Source: Octopus vulgaris | Lineage: Eukaryota | Direction of reading: 5' to 3' | DNA: 64,000 bases | NCBI GenBank assembly: GCA_951406725.2 | Contig: OX597814.1 | Location: 3,038,001-3,102,000 of the forward strand | In this document: in pieces, positions 40,251-54,305 of the stretch | How positions within the stretch are numbered: the stretch's first letter is position 1 | How the letters are laid out: every line of letters begins with the position of its first letter | Position numbers and translations under genes: made by a program | Notes under the pieces: generated by a model | Databases searched by the model: none | Told to the model about the DNA's origin: nothing | What the model saw: only the letters and a program-made list of their open reading frames with translations

Positions 40251-40449
40251 GAGTAAGTAAAACAAGGAACAACTGTTCTTTATGTCGCATGTTTCGTTTC
40301 TCTGTTTGTTTGTTCCTTTCCTTGTTCGAAAAAAATTCGTATATTTTCATTTGTTTTGCTCATTTTTACATTCTGGAGTTTTTGCTGAAATTTTCTTCAG
40401 AACAACACGTTCTACATGGTAAGGCGATTTGACGTCTATCTTTAGCATA

Positions 40450-40524
<75 letters not shown>

Positions 40525-40615
40525 TATATATTGCCACCTCGTGTATGCTTGATATTGTTTTACTGTTCTCAACACATCACCACGCGCCCAACTCACTGTC
40601 ATCCAACGCCATACC

Positions 40616-40848
40616 TATTTCTTTACTGCCCAGAAGGGGCTAAACACAGAGGGGACATACAAGGACAGACAAACGGATTAAGTCGATTACATCGACACCA
40701 GTGCGTAACTGGTACTTATTTAATCGACACCGAAAGGATGAAAGGCAAAGTCGACCTCGGCGGAATTTGAACTCAGAACGCAGAGACGGGCGAAATATGG
40801 CTACGAATTTCGCCCGGCGTGCTAACGTTTCTGCCAGCTCGCCGCCTT
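40616..40848 (-). mobile_element. SINE family 1 monomer with 15 bp TSD
   Basis: ATCCAACGCCATACC (40601-40615) and ATCCAACTCCATTCC (40849-40863). Confidence 0.88.
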
Positions 40849-41952
40849 ATCCAACTCCATTCCTTCAAGTACAACCACCACAACAATAAACTGCAACAAC
40901 AACAACGACAACAATAAGATCAACCATCCAAGCAACAGTCACGTCCATTATTCACGTCTGAAAGGTGTAAGGTTCGATCTGAAGACGCCGCTGGAAGACT
41001 GCCTTATTAATCCCAGGTTCGGAAATGCATTTTCTGTCAATGCACTACGACGGGGGTCACCACACCCAACGCTGCCGCCACCATCAACACTATCATCGGC
41101 ACCACCACCATCACCACAACCACCACTATGATCAACAACAACCCCATTATCGATACTAACACCAACACCACCGGCAATACAACACCAACATCACCCCGAC
41201 CAGCGCCACCATGAACACCAATACCAACAACACCACCACCGCCAACAAAAACCCAGACAACACTACAAACACAACCCCTACACCCATCCCCCGACCACCA
41301 CCACCACCATCTCTGTACTACTAATAACTATTACATGCTTCCTTATGCTTTTACCCAGCCATCTACCCGGTTATCGGCGCCACCCCATTTTACTTTAAAG
41401 TATAATACAGATCCTGACCACCACCACCACCACCCCATTTGCAAGACACACGGACACACCGCCAAACATCAAACTTCAACCTCCCACTCCACTCCGCCCG
41501 GCTAAAGTGACACAATGTTATTCAATGACAGACTTCTCAGTTTCGTCTATGCTACACCACCGCCACGACCAACACCACCACCACCACCACCACCACTACC
41601 ACCATCACCACTACCAACACATCCACCACCACCACTACCAACACCACTACCATCACCACCCCCATCACTACGAGAAACAGCTTTAAATCATCCTCCCCAT
41701 AACAAACTTGAGGAAACCTCTAAGGGCTCGCTGAAATTGCGAGAAATAGCAATTCCTTACATTACATCACACCATTCATGTTTTAAAAGGTCATTTTGAA
41801 TGATGTGGTCCCATGTCTGGAAAGGTTTGCAGTCGTACGTTTGTTCGATCAAAACGAACTTATGGGTAAACAAGAGTTTTCAATGAAATGAGGGATTCTC
41901 TTTAAGAATGGGCAAAACCCTGACTCGTGAGCAAAGTTTCAGAAAAGTATAA

Positions 41953-41983
<31 letters not shown>

Positions 41984-41996
41984 AAGATATATATAT

Positions 41997-42078
<82 letters not shown>

Positions 42079-42239
42079 CCGTTGTGAGATTTGTGAGAAT
42101 CCAGCTATATCAACAGGGATTGGCTGAGTCCGTAGTATTGAGTTCCCAGTACGTTGACACACCGCTTAGTTGTTGATTGCTGGTAGTATACTGTAAGTAT
42201 GTATATGGCGCCATGATTGAACGCTGGCCACAAAAGCCA

Positions 42240-42410
42240 TTTTTTATTCTCCCTCTGTTTATTTTCTCGTGCTCCTTTCTGTTGAAGAGCGTAGGCTCGA
42301 AACGTAAAAGACTTTCTCACCTTCCCGAGCGTTAAACTAATATACTTGTTTGTTGTTTACACAACTGTCTTCGTCTTTTGTATTTTTGTAAATTCCAATT
42401 ATATATATGT
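42240..42410 (+). mobile_element. Family H1 element with hammerhead-like motif
   Basis: 42275-42311 CTTT-CTGTTGA-A-GAGC-GTAG-GCTC-GAAA-CGTA-AAAG. Confidence 0.7.
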
Positions 42411-42819
42411 ACACGCACACATCGATCTATATATAGAGAGACAAACATACAGGCGGAGAGATATATATATAAGTACCCAGTCAATATAAAATATGGATCC
42501 AACCAAGGGATGGTTCCAAGAGTAGCTTAAACTGAAAGGAAAACACAGTGGGGTTCAAATGACAGTGAATAACAAATCAATGATGTCGTCGCAAATAGCT
42601 GGCGATCTAGGGAAATATTTGTTATTAGCGACTGAAGAAGGAATCTGTATATCTTACTTAACGTGGATATACGTTAAACTAATGAATACATCGAGGCCGA
42701 TGAGTTGAATATTGGTGAAATCAAACTATCATAAAACTAATAATGTTAGGGACCACGAAATATAAACATGATTCTGTTGTGGAAGTCAACAATTTTATTT
42801 GACATTAATAGGGTCTACT

Positions 42820-43212
42820 AAGGCGGCAGAATCGTTAGCACGCCGGACGAAATGCGTAGCCGTATTTCGTCTGCCGTTACGTTCTGAGTTCAAATTCTGC
42901 CGAGGTCGACATTGCCTTTCATCCTTTCGGAGTCGATAAATTAAGTACCAGTTACGCAATGGGGTCGATATAGCCGACTTAATCTGTTTGTCTGTCCTTG
43001 TTTGTCTTCTCTGTGTTTAGCCCCTTGTTGGTAGTTAAGAAATAGGTATTTCGTCTGTCTTTACGTTCTGAGTTCAAATTCCGCCGAGGTCGACTTTACC
43101 TTTCGTCCTTTCGGGGTCGATAAATCAATTACCAGTTGCGTACTGGAGTCAATTTAATCGACTGGCACCCACCCCCAAAATTTCGGGCATTGTGCTTGGA
43201 GTAGACAATATT
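42820..43212 (+). mobile_element. SINE family 1 dimer
   Basis: Junction AGAAATA|GGTATTTCG at ~43045. Confidence 0.85.
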
Positions 43213-43748
43213 AATATGGTCTACTAATGAAAGCGGGGGTTCTTAGAGACAGTGGGCACTTCGATATTTTATATGCTATTTGGGACGACAAATATCGGAA
43301 GGTTTTTGCAAGGAAAATGGTTGTGTAAACGGTGACCAACAAACAAGATTCCATAATTTTTTTTTCAAACAGAACCACTCATATACATAGCTGTATGGAC
43401 GAAATAAAGCGTAAGTATTTAGGCAAAAACATTCAGATATATGTACCTATGTGCACGGATGAATAATTACACACACACACACACACACACATACACACAC
43501 ACACACGAATATATATACATATATATATGTATTCCTTTCTCTTCTTTTTGTTGTTTCGGTCATTTCACCGCGGCCATACTGGAGCACCACCTTTTAGTCG
43601 AATAAATCGACCCCAGGACTTACTCTTTGTAAGCCTAGTACTTATTCTATCGGTCTCATTTGCCGAACCGCCAGATGCCATGCAGTGGGATTGAACTTGG
43701 TACCATGTGTCTGCGAACCAAGCTACTTACCTCACAGCCACTCCTGCA

Positions 43749-43845
<97 letters not shown>

Positions 43846-43991
43846 TTGTAAATACACATTCTTGAAACCAAATATTATATCTATATCTATAAATAAATAT
43901 AAGTGTACAAAAGTTTATGTGTGTGTGTTTGTGTGTATATGGCGTGTGTATTGCGATATATATGTATATATATGTGTGCGTAGACAGGTAT

Positions 43992-44040
<49 letters not shown>

Positions 44041-45228
44041 TTATATATATACAGAGAAAGAGAGAAAGAAAAAGAAAGAGAGAGGGAGGTATGCTTAATT
44101 ATAAATATACATATATATGTATTTATATATGCATGCATGTAAGTATACACACACACGCACACACACATACATACATATATATATATACTTATATACGTAC
44201 ATAAAGACAGTTGTGATTTAAAATTCGTCCATACACGTAAATGTATGGACATCTAGTTTGTACACACGCTTTTATATATATATATATAGGTATGAATATT
44301 TGTGTGTGTGTGTGTATGCGTGTATGTCCGTGTGTATTATTTATATGTATGGTTAATTGCTATTAAATTATATATGTAATTTAATAGCCATTATCATCCA
44401 AATTACCATTTCAGTGAGTTCTTTCCTCCATTAGTGTCCAGAGATCGATAAAGTTCTAATGATAATACGCATCGATCACTGACGAACAAAACTATCAGCT
44501 CAACTCTTCGAGACTCTCTCCCACTCTCTCTCTCTCTCTCTTTCTATCTCTTTCTCTCGCTTTTTATCTTCCTTTCTCTGTCCGTTCCCTCTCTCTCTCT
44601 CTCTCTCTTCTTTCCTTTCTCTTCATCCTTGTCTTTCTTCCCTCCTCTCTCTCCTTTTTTTTTTTCTATTTTCATCTCCTCATTTGTTCAACCATCCATT
44701 CCTTAATTTCGTTTATCGGATTTTTCTCCGTTCCACCAAATGTCCATTTATATGCAAGCTAGTCACTTATCGAAGCGATATTGTCAACGGACGAGACACA
44801 AGATCGTATCCGATGAGAGGCCATTAAGGCGAGACACTTTCTTCCAGCAAACTTAACCTCACTTTAAGCAAATTGCCAAGTTGATGCCAGTCTGTCTGTG
44901 TGTGTGGAAGGGTCAACATGTAATAGAAAACTGTCTCCATATACAGCAGACATTTTCCTCAGCATTCTTCCACTCTCGGCTTCGTATAGACACCTCTCAT
45001 TTGCAATGTTTATTCTTGCAGGATTATAAATGGAACAATCACGAAGAGAGGTCTAACTTCAATTATAGAACGTTAGTAATATATTAACAGAGAATATATT
45101 GTCAATAATGTGACACGGGCCTATCCACGTACACAGTTTTCGGTGATGTAACATTGACATCGAACGATAAGACGATAATCTGATTACGATTTTTCGGGCT
45201 ATTAAGCTCATCTTTAAAGATGAAACAT

Positions 45229-45298
<70 letters not shown>

Positions 45299-45344
45299 TA
45301 CATACATACATAAATACATACATACATATGTATATATATATATA

Positions 45345-45380
<36 letters not shown>

Positions 45381-45391
45381 CATACATGCAT

Positions 45392-45482
<91 letters not shown>

Positions 45483-46020
45483 TACATATATATACACATG
45501 TATGTATGTATGTATGTATGTATGTATGTACATATACATATATGAACAGCTGTGCGTATGCGTCTACACAAATGTAAATATTAAATTATGTTTAATTTCT
45601 GAAGATGAGGTTAAAAGTCCGAGAATTCGCAATCTGATTAACAGCAGCAAATCACAGACACATAATGAGATAATAATTCTCCCGTACTGTCAGACATTGC
45701 AATCACAGACTTCAGACAGAAAACTGAAACAACACTAGGCCAGGCACCATTTATTGCTTATTAGTCTATTACAGTAGATACGTATATACATTCCTGTGTG
45801 TGAATTTGTGCGTGTGTGTCTGCATGTATGTAGAAATCTCAGAAGTGTCACCAATTCAGTTATATTGAACGTTAGCATATATATGATAAATGTGGTTTTA
45901 TTATCGCTGCTTTCATGTTGAGCATTAGTATGCATATATAATATATAATAGTCTTATGATATTGAAATATGTAACCGATCCTGTTCTATTAAATATTCAC
46001 TTATATAATACATAATTATA

Positions 46021-46407
46021 CAGCAATACCTCGCAATACGGGTTTAATTCGTTCCATGACCGAGTTCGTCTTACGATTTACTCGTTTTACAAATCAATTT
46101 TCCCCATTGAAATTAACTAAAATATAATTAATTCGTTCCAGTCCCCAAAAACCACTCAAAAAATAATTTTTAATGAGTTTTAAAACAGAAAATGTGTAGT
46201 TAGAAGTAAAATGACAATTATAGGAAAAGAGAATGCAAAAGAAATATGTAAACTGGTTTTATTAATTGAATTACCTTAAAGAGGGGACGAGTTGTGTGCT
46301 CGTAATGCGGATTTCTGCGCGAACTTCAAGACAAACATTTGCATGAGCCTCAGATCATACAGCAAATTACTCGTACAATGGGACACTCGTATTGCGAGGT
46401 TCTACTG
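46021..46407. mobile_element. Tigger/pogo-like MITE
   Basis: TIRs CAGCAATACCTCGCAATACG and CGTATTGCGAGGTTCTACTG, with TA on both sides. Confidence 0.8.
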
Positions 46408-46938
46408 TATATAGTAGCTATTAAGTATCTTGCTATGACAAGGTGCAATTTCTACCTGTTCTATAAAACCAGTATGTGCGCGTATGCACGTCTTTTAAAA
46501 ACAGATGAAATACCTTGTTGAATGAATGCTTGTTTCTTTCTTTCGTTTTTCTTATTTTTCCTTTTTCTTTTGTTTGTTTTTTTATGGTTTAATACGAAGT
46601 CGGTCCATCTTTGGTATCAACCAGAGCTTTAATTCGACTTGTACAGGTTTTGAATGGTCGGTTGTGAAGAGAACGTTGAGCCATTTTTTCAAGTAAAACC
46701 CTTTTCAGTTCTTTCAAGGACGATGGCGGAAGGGAGCGTCTCTTTCACTTGCTGCTGAAAAATGTGCCGTAAATGTTCAGTTTAGTTCAGATCCGGTGAT
46801 TGGAAGTTCGAAGTGGGTTACTTTGCCTTTCAGGTCTTCCTATCAATTCTGAATACCATTAGCCGTGGGAATCGGTGCATTATCTCTCCGTAGCAGAAAC
46901 ACTGATAGCACATTCATTATTCTGCACACACACACACA

Positions 46939-46992
<54 letters not shown>

Positions 46993-47509
46993 AACACACA
47001 CACACACACACACACACACCCGACTCTCTGTCAGTTTTAACTTCCGTTCAGAATTATGTTTGCCAAAATTGATTTCGCCTTCGGTTTCGAATGCCAGCAT
47101 GATTATATACGTGTGTGTGTGTGTGTGTGATGGTGCGGCAGGTGTGTGTGTGATGGTGCGGCAGGTGTGTGTGTGATGGTGCGGCAGGTGTGTGCGTGTG
47201 TATGTGTGTGTGTGCGGCATGTGTGAATGTGAGTGTGTGTGTGTGTGTCGGTGGGTGTGTGAGTGTGTGTACATGTGTGTGTGTGGATGTGTGTGTGTGC
47301 ATATGTGTGTGTGTGTGTGCATGTGATGCGTTGTGTGATGTGTGTGTGTGCGATGCGTGTGTGCGTGTGCGTGTGCGTGTGTGCATGTGTGCATGTGTGA
47401 GAGTGTGTGTATGCTCGCGCGCGTACGTGTGAATATATAAATTCAGTAAAGTTACGTGGAATAAACACAGTGTTATTGGACGCTCAGGAAAGGAAAGAAA
47501 GGAAATAGG

Positions 47510-47544
47510 ATTTCACGTTTCGAGCGGAGCTCTTCATCAGAAAC
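47510..47544 (-). ncRNA. Hammerhead-like motif with GUG at the cleavage position (probably inactive)
   Basis: GTTT-CTGATGA-A-GAGC-TCC-GCTC-GAAA-CGTG-AAAT, within an H1-related element next to (TA)n. Confidence 0.55.
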
Positions 47545-48886
47545 ATAGAAAAAGTCCAAAGAAGAAAAGGCGGAGAAAGAAAATCGCCAACGATACACAC
47601 GCGGTCACATTGATATATATATATATATATATACAAATGAGGAAAGATGGCGCTTACAAATATTTACAAGTTGCTCGAGTTTGGTGGATCTAAGTGGAAT
47701 AAAATGGCTGCAACAGAGTGAACGACGCTAAATGTACACAAATAATAATTAGCGGTATTAAAGAGGGTGAAATATTCACGATCAGAAACATTTCACATTC
47801 TCTTTTACTCTTTTCTCTTTTACTTGTTTCAGTCATTTGACTGCGGCTATGCTGGAGCACCGCCTTTAGTCGAGCAAATCGACCCCAGGACTTATTCTTT
47901 GTAAGCCCCAGTACTTATTCTATCGGTCTCTTTTGCCGAACCGCTAAGTGACATGATAGAGGTCGATACAGTTTCCATCTACCTGCTGTCCAATTACATA
48001 CACAAAAGGTAGATCTGGCCGAGGCACCATTGAGAAACAGTTTGACTAAAGTGCAACGCGAGTGCTAAGCTAACTCTTTCTCCACACCTCTAAGACGGCG
48101 TTCATTTTCTTCCATTGCTGGTCCTATTTAATTTGTACAATTTAACGACGATAATATTTAGTTATTAATATGATTTGTTGTAACTGTAAGAATGACGTAT
48201 TTTATTAATTGTTGAAGATAAAATTCCTCTCCTATAACCACAGAACAAAGGAATTTTAAACAGTACCTCTGTTATTGTCTCTATCTGGAGTTACTTTATA
48301 GTTAATGATAAACCAATTCGTTCTTGGACGTTTTTTAAAGTATTTCTGTTAGGAATCTTTCATGCTATCCTCTGTAATTATAAGAAACGTTATACTAATA
48401 TTCGAACAAGTTATTCCTTTCCTCACAAATTCTTCATATATGATGGTTCAACGTCCTCTCACTTTCATTGTTGTTTTGTCCCAATATTCTCTTCAGAGAA
48501 CCGACATTTGTGAATGGTAATCCAGCCGTGGCCATTCTATTTTTCTGCAGGTTTATATGGGATTGTCTACAAACTATCGAAGGGTTTCTTTTTGTTTACA
48601 ACAGTATGGAAATAAGATTTGGCTGCTATTTCTAACTGATCGGGTGACCACGTAGAGACTCCCTGGTTTGCACATTTTTTTAATGTTCTTTTGTATATTT
48701 AATGCGAAGGCAATGGAAGAATGTTTTTAACTCTACTCAGTATAACTTCGTTAAGTTTGGAATAAAAGTAGCCAGTCTACGGATTAGGAATAAAACTGGA
48801 AGGTTGCGAGTTCGCTTCCGAATGCCGACTTATTTACTTCTATTGACAAACCAATAACGATTAAGAAAAACATAAATATTAACATA

Positions 48887-50187
48887 CAGGGGTTGGACAA
48901 AATTATGGAAACACCTTAAAATTTCAAACAAATTAATTTGATATGGGGTAGGACCGACTTTGGCAATAATTACAGCTTGAATTCTACGAGGTATGGACTC
49001 GTTCAAAGTTTGAATTGCTTGCAAAGGAATTTTTAACCATTCTTCAGCTAAAATAGTCTCCAGTTCTTGTAGTGATGATTGTGGAGGATATCGACTCCTT
49101 GTTTTTCTAAAATGCACCATAAATGTTCAATAATATTGAATTCTGGGGACTGCGGTGGTCAGATAAGATGTTCGACTTAACAAGAATGTTCCACACCCTG
49201 AACGGATAAATCTTTTGCCTTTTACTAGAATGTTTCTCGTGTTATTCAAGTAACAACTTTAGCTGTGTGAATTGGTTCAATTATCATCCTGAAGATTGTG
49301 TTTCCCTCCGGAAACAGTTCTGAAACCATAGGATGAATTTGATCAGATAAAATGCTTAGTCTTGACTACTGACTCTGCCATGAAGGGAAACCATTAGGCC
49401 GGTGGATTTCTAGGATATAGCCCCCCCCCAGATCATCACAGATCCTCCTCCATGTTTAACAGTTGGAAGAAGGCAGTTTGGGTCAAATGGTTCTTTTAAC
49501 TGTCCCCACGCGTATACTCGGCCGGTGGTCGGGAATGTGGTAAAGGATAACTCGTCCGAAAAAATAACATTCTTCCACTGCTCTAGGAGCCAATTCTGTA
49601 GGTTTTTACTCGAAACTCAACGTTTGTTTTTGAAAGTAGTGGTTTTCTGATTGCAACCCTCCCATGAAATTTGGCTTTGTGCAGCTCCTGGCGAACAGAT
49701 TTTGTGGAAATTGGGTTCTAGAGGTAGTCATTAAGCTCTGCAGAAATTTTGGGAGATGTACTTTTGTGATCCTTTGAACAATTCGCGTAAGAGTCCGACG
49801 ATCCCTATCTGAAAGTTTTGGTTTTCTTCCGGAGTTTTGTTTCAATGAGGAGGTTTTTTTCCTCTTTCTCAAAAGCTACCATTACTTTCGAAACAGTACT
49901 TCTTGATACACCAAACATTTCGGCTGTTTTCGTTATGCTAGCACCTGCCATACGAGCACCAACAATTTGACCGCTTTGAAAGTCCGATAGATCTGTCATT
50001 TTAAAGAATTTAATTACCTTTTTCTAATGATATCTCAAAAGAAACAGCAATTTTAGCAAAACATATTAAGCAACACTAATAATAAATCAAAAAACATAAA
50101 AATAAACAAGCTTTTGGCGGTTTTACAGATATTTCAAAATTATGATACTATGAGGCTAAGTGTTTCCATTATTTTGTCCGACCCCTG
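48887..50187 (-). mobile_element. Full-length Tc1-family DNA transposon with disrupted transposase
   Basis: TIRs CAGGGGTTGGACAAAATTATGGAAACAC and GTGTTTCCATTATTTTGTCCGACCCCTG, TA TSDs; 1301 bp. Confidence 0.93.
48940..49999 (-). pseudogene. Tc1 transposase pseudogene
   Basis: MTDLSDFQSGQIVGARMAGASITKTAEMFGVSRSTVSKV (HTH), NSGRKPKLSDRDRR, VIFSDE, QDDN, PPQSPEFNIIEHLW, ESIPRRIQAVI; frameshifts and stops. Confidence 0.9.
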
Positions 50188-51937
50188 TATCTACTGATTG
50201 CGCTAAAAGTCAGCTGAAAGGGCCTGGAATTTTATTATTTTTTTAATTACTTTTATGGTATTTTTTCTTAAATACTGTTATCAAAAGTTGAAAAATCACG
50301 AAAGAGTTTAAATTCCGAAGAATGGTCACGGTTGGAATACCTTAAAGGCTCTTTAATGGCAGATTTAGCATTAAACAACGACAATAACAAATGTGAATTG
50401 ATATTGAACTGTATTGATTTCTGCAAAAAGGAAGAATTTGCTTAAGTATAAATGTTAATAGAGAAAATGGAAGAAAAAAGAAGATTCCAAGCAGAAATGT
50501 TTTAGAAACTGTCCAAGAACGAAATAGTTCATCATTCATTATAAGATAATTTCTGATAATGTCAACGACAGAGGATTTGCTGAAAATTCCATTGTTCTGT
50601 GATTATAAGAGACGAATCTTATCTTCAACAATTAATAAAATACGTCATTCTTACAGTTACAACAAATCATATTAATTATTAATTGTTATTATCATGAAAC
50701 TGTACAAATTAAATGGGAACGTCAAAGTAAGAAAATGAACGCCGTCGTAGAGGTGTGGAGAAAGAGTTAGCTTGGCAATCGCCTTACTTCAGGTTGCACT
50801 TTAGTCAAACCGTCTTCCACTAAATCTACGGTTAGACCTAGATCTCCCTTATAATGTTTTTAATATATTCTAACATAAAGTAAAAACGAGTTTTTACTTT
50901 TTAATGTGCTTAAAAAGAGTGGAAATAATGGTACTTCAATTAACTAACTTATAGCAATCCAGGATTGAAACGTACACTAATTTGGTGCCATTTTCACCAA
51001 CATCAATGCATTAATTAATAGAAACGTATCATTGGCAGGAAGTGTTATGCCATTTTTCTGAAGTTAAAATCATAAAGAGATTGGTTTTGTGATAAATATT
51101 TTGCCATCCTAGAGTTTAGCTACAAATCTGGGTCTTGAGTGACAGTACAGTGAAGAACTGTTTTTGACCACATAAAAACGGGTATCTGTGGGAAAGGTAA
51201 GAGTTTACACATGGCGCCTACATGGTACCGACATTTCTCTATCACTAGTTCACATTAACAACTGCAGAAAATTACAACTCAATAAAATGTGTAGAAGAGA
51301 AAATGTCACGATCTCATTTTGAGATTCCAAAACAGAGGCCATTACAGCCTCTTCTTTGGCCTTCGTTGGAATCTTCAATCATACAATAAACGAATGAAAG
51401 AGTTTCTGTGTGGTCACTTGAGGAGCTAGAAATGATTAGCAAATGCTTTCAAATAACTCCCTTTGTACATGTCACATTTATGTGATAGAGTTGAAAAACT
51501 TTGATCGAGCGTAATATCCGAGTAATTATTAGACAAAAAGTCCTTGTATTTGTGTTTGCAAATTAAAGACGACTAACAAGGAGGAAAACTCCAATAAAAT
51601 CAGTTGATTAAATCTGTCAAGTAATGCGGGCTGTATAGAGACGATGGTTGTCACTGTTAGTGTAGAGATGCATGTACAGGTTTTGTACTCTGCATCTATA
51701 GCTATTTCAACACTGTGCATGTTTATCACGGTGTCTGTGTGTGTGTGTGTGTGTCTGTGTGTATGTGTGTGTGTGTGTGTGCAGGCTAGATTCGATCGTT
51801 AATGCGAATCTTTGGAGTTCGTTTCCATTTGATCAAATACAGTGCACTCAACTAGGTTTAGTTTTCGAGTGGCAGACATTCCTCTCCCACCCCCACTCAA
51901 GGGGAATATTATAAAAGACAGAATTAATTTCAAAAAT

Positions 51938-52121
51938 AGGTGTGGCTGTGTAATAAGGAGGTTGCGTCCCAGCTGCGTGCTTCGGAGTTCAGTCCCACTG
52001 CGTGGCACCTTGGGCAAGTGTCTTCTGCTGTAGCCTAGAGCCCACCAAAATTTGAGTGGATTTGGTAGATGGAAGCTCAACGAAGCCTGTCGTATGAATA
52101 TGTGTGCCTTGGTGTGTGTGT

Positions 52122-52158
<37 letters not shown>

Positions 52159-52450
52159 TGTCCCCCACCCACCCCTCGACAACCAGTGTTGGTGTGTTTA
52201 CGTCCCCATAACTTTGCAGTTCGGAAAAAGATACCTATTTCTTTACTGCCCACAAGGGGCTACACACAGAGGGGACAAACAAGGACAGACAAACGTTTCT
52301 GCCAGCTCGCCGCCTTAATTCGGAAAAAGATACCGATATACGTAACAGGTTTCAAAGGTTTCAAAGGCAATAAGTTCTGGGTTGATTCGTTTGACTAAAA
52401 CTTCTTCAAGATGGTGCCCCAGCATGGCCCCAGTCTAATGACTGAACTAA
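51938..52450 (+). mobile_element. SINE family 2 copy interrupted by a deleted family 1 SINE (52236-52318, minus strand)
   Basis: Perfect 16 bp TSD TTCGGAAAAAGATACC at 52220-52235 and 52319-52334. Confidence 0.85.
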
Positions 52451-53329
52451 GTAATTAGGAGACATCAAATCGAAAAGTCGCGCAGGGGCTAGAGTACCAA
52501 TAATAGAAGTACACTGTGTCTAAGGACCCACGTGCCATTACACAACATTACATTTCAGAGACTGAACTTATCTCCAAAACTGGAAATTATTGGACAGTGC
52601 TGTAGTGCCAATCTTAGGAACCAGTGAATTAATAGGGACATGTCTCTGCGTGCTCTTCCTGCCTGCTAGAAACAGCAGCTACATCTCAGTGAAATAAGCT
52701 TCTTCTGTCTTAGAGAAACCTACACGTTGGCTAAATTGATCCTAGGTGGATTTTTAGCGTTGGAATATCATTGAATATGGGTGTGTTTGGTCAGGAACTG
52801 AGCTGGAACTTTACCAGAATTCAAATCTGAAAATTATATCTCAATCCACGAAAGTGGGTGTGGTAGTAAAGGTAGTGGTGGTGGTGGTGGTGGTGGTGGT
52901 GGAGGCAGTGGTGGAGGTGGTGGTGGAGGCGGTGGTGGAGGTGGTTGCGGCGGCGGTGATGGTGGTTGTTGTTGTGGTGGTGGTGATTGTGGAGACGTTC
53001 GTGGCAGTGGCGTTGGCTGCGTTGTGAGTTCAAATTCCGCCGAGGTCGACTTTGCCTTTCATCCTTTCGGGGTCGATAAATTAAGTACCAGTTTAATCGA
53101 CTGGCCCCCTTCCCCAGAATTTTGGGCCTTGTGCGTAGAGGACAAAATACATACAAACACATGCAAAACACTCGCGTGTATACATTGAAATGCAAATACA
53201 TGTAAACACACTCATACACGCAGATATACATACGCAAACTTTATATATTTTCTACATATATTCTACACACATTCACACGTGAGCGCGTGGTTAGTCCTAA
53301 ACACAAACACTCTTTCCTTCTTTCTTTCT

Positions 53330-53367
<38 letters not shown>

Positions 53368-53538
53368 TTCACATTTACTCTCTCATTGCCCATGTATATC
53401 CTCTCCCACGTACTCTCATGTATACATGCTCTCCCTCTCTCTCTCTCTTACTATGGCTACTGCATCACCCTTCCTCTTCTTCCTCATTTTTCCTCTCTCG
53501 CCCTCTTTTTTACATACTCTCTCAATGTATAAACGATG

Positions 53539-53714
53539 AGAAATTGGAGGGAAAACAACAAATAGAAGTGTGTCTGTTGTGCTAAAAAGTCATTATTTAA
53601 TTAATTAAGCAAGATGAGGGTAGCTCACGCTTACCTTCACCTTGCTTAATTAATTAAACAATGGCTTTTAGCATCACAGACACACTTCTATTTGTTGTTT
53701 TCCCTCCAATTTCT
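53539..53714. repeat. Fold-back palindrome (~85 bp arms)
   Basis: AGAAATTGGAGGGAAAACAACAAATAGAAGTGTGTCTG… pairs with …CAGACACACTTCTATTTGTTGTTTTCCCTCCAATTTCT. Confidence 0.9.
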
Positions 53715-53910
53715 GATTGTCTATATATACATTAAACTACAGTTTACCTTTCTAAATTACCTGCTGCTACCAAGGACAATACGTATGGAGGTAATTACCT
53801 GGAGTGCCTCTGGATACTTCTATCCCTTAGAAGGCTTAACACCTCTAACTTATACCTTACATAACATATATATATATGTGTGTGTGCGTGTGTGTGTATG
53901 TATATATATG

Positions 53911-53977
<67 letters not shown>

Positions 53978-53989
53978 TGTATGTATGTT

Positions 53990-54243
53990 GTTATATTTCG
54001 GAATGGTCATTTTGCCAGTTTAGCCAATAAAAACACACGCACTATATATTTGGTGTTATTTTGCTTCAGTGTTATTTTTTTTTTACATTAATCTTAATCT
54101 TATTTCGGCCAGAGTTCTTTCGTCACACTCCTGTGACCGCATCAGTGGTCCTTTGTTTTCTTCTCACTTATTTGTGTCTCTCCTTACTAACCGTCAGCCA
54201 TTTTGTATTTCTATTGTATGTCTTCATTTGCGCATGCTATATC

Positions 54244-54305
<62 letters not shown>

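Larger units (their letters stand above)
48005..50850. repeat. Long diverged inverted repeat (arms ~48005-48480 and ~50375-50850)
   Basis: Matched blocks 48164-48221/50619-50676 (58/58), 48067-48111/50729-50773 (44/45) and 48040-48057/50793-50810 (18/18). Confidence 0.85.

Noticed and set aside
41515-41799. Proline-rich ORF (formin- or extensin-like)
   Set aside because: It derives from a degenerate (CCA)n tract and has no flanking domain.
48070-48131. Short shared reading frame NSFSTPLRRRSFS…PI* in both inverted-repeat arms, with two synonymous changes
   Set aside because: In-frame stops lie just upstream and there is no good splice acceptor; homology alone explains it.
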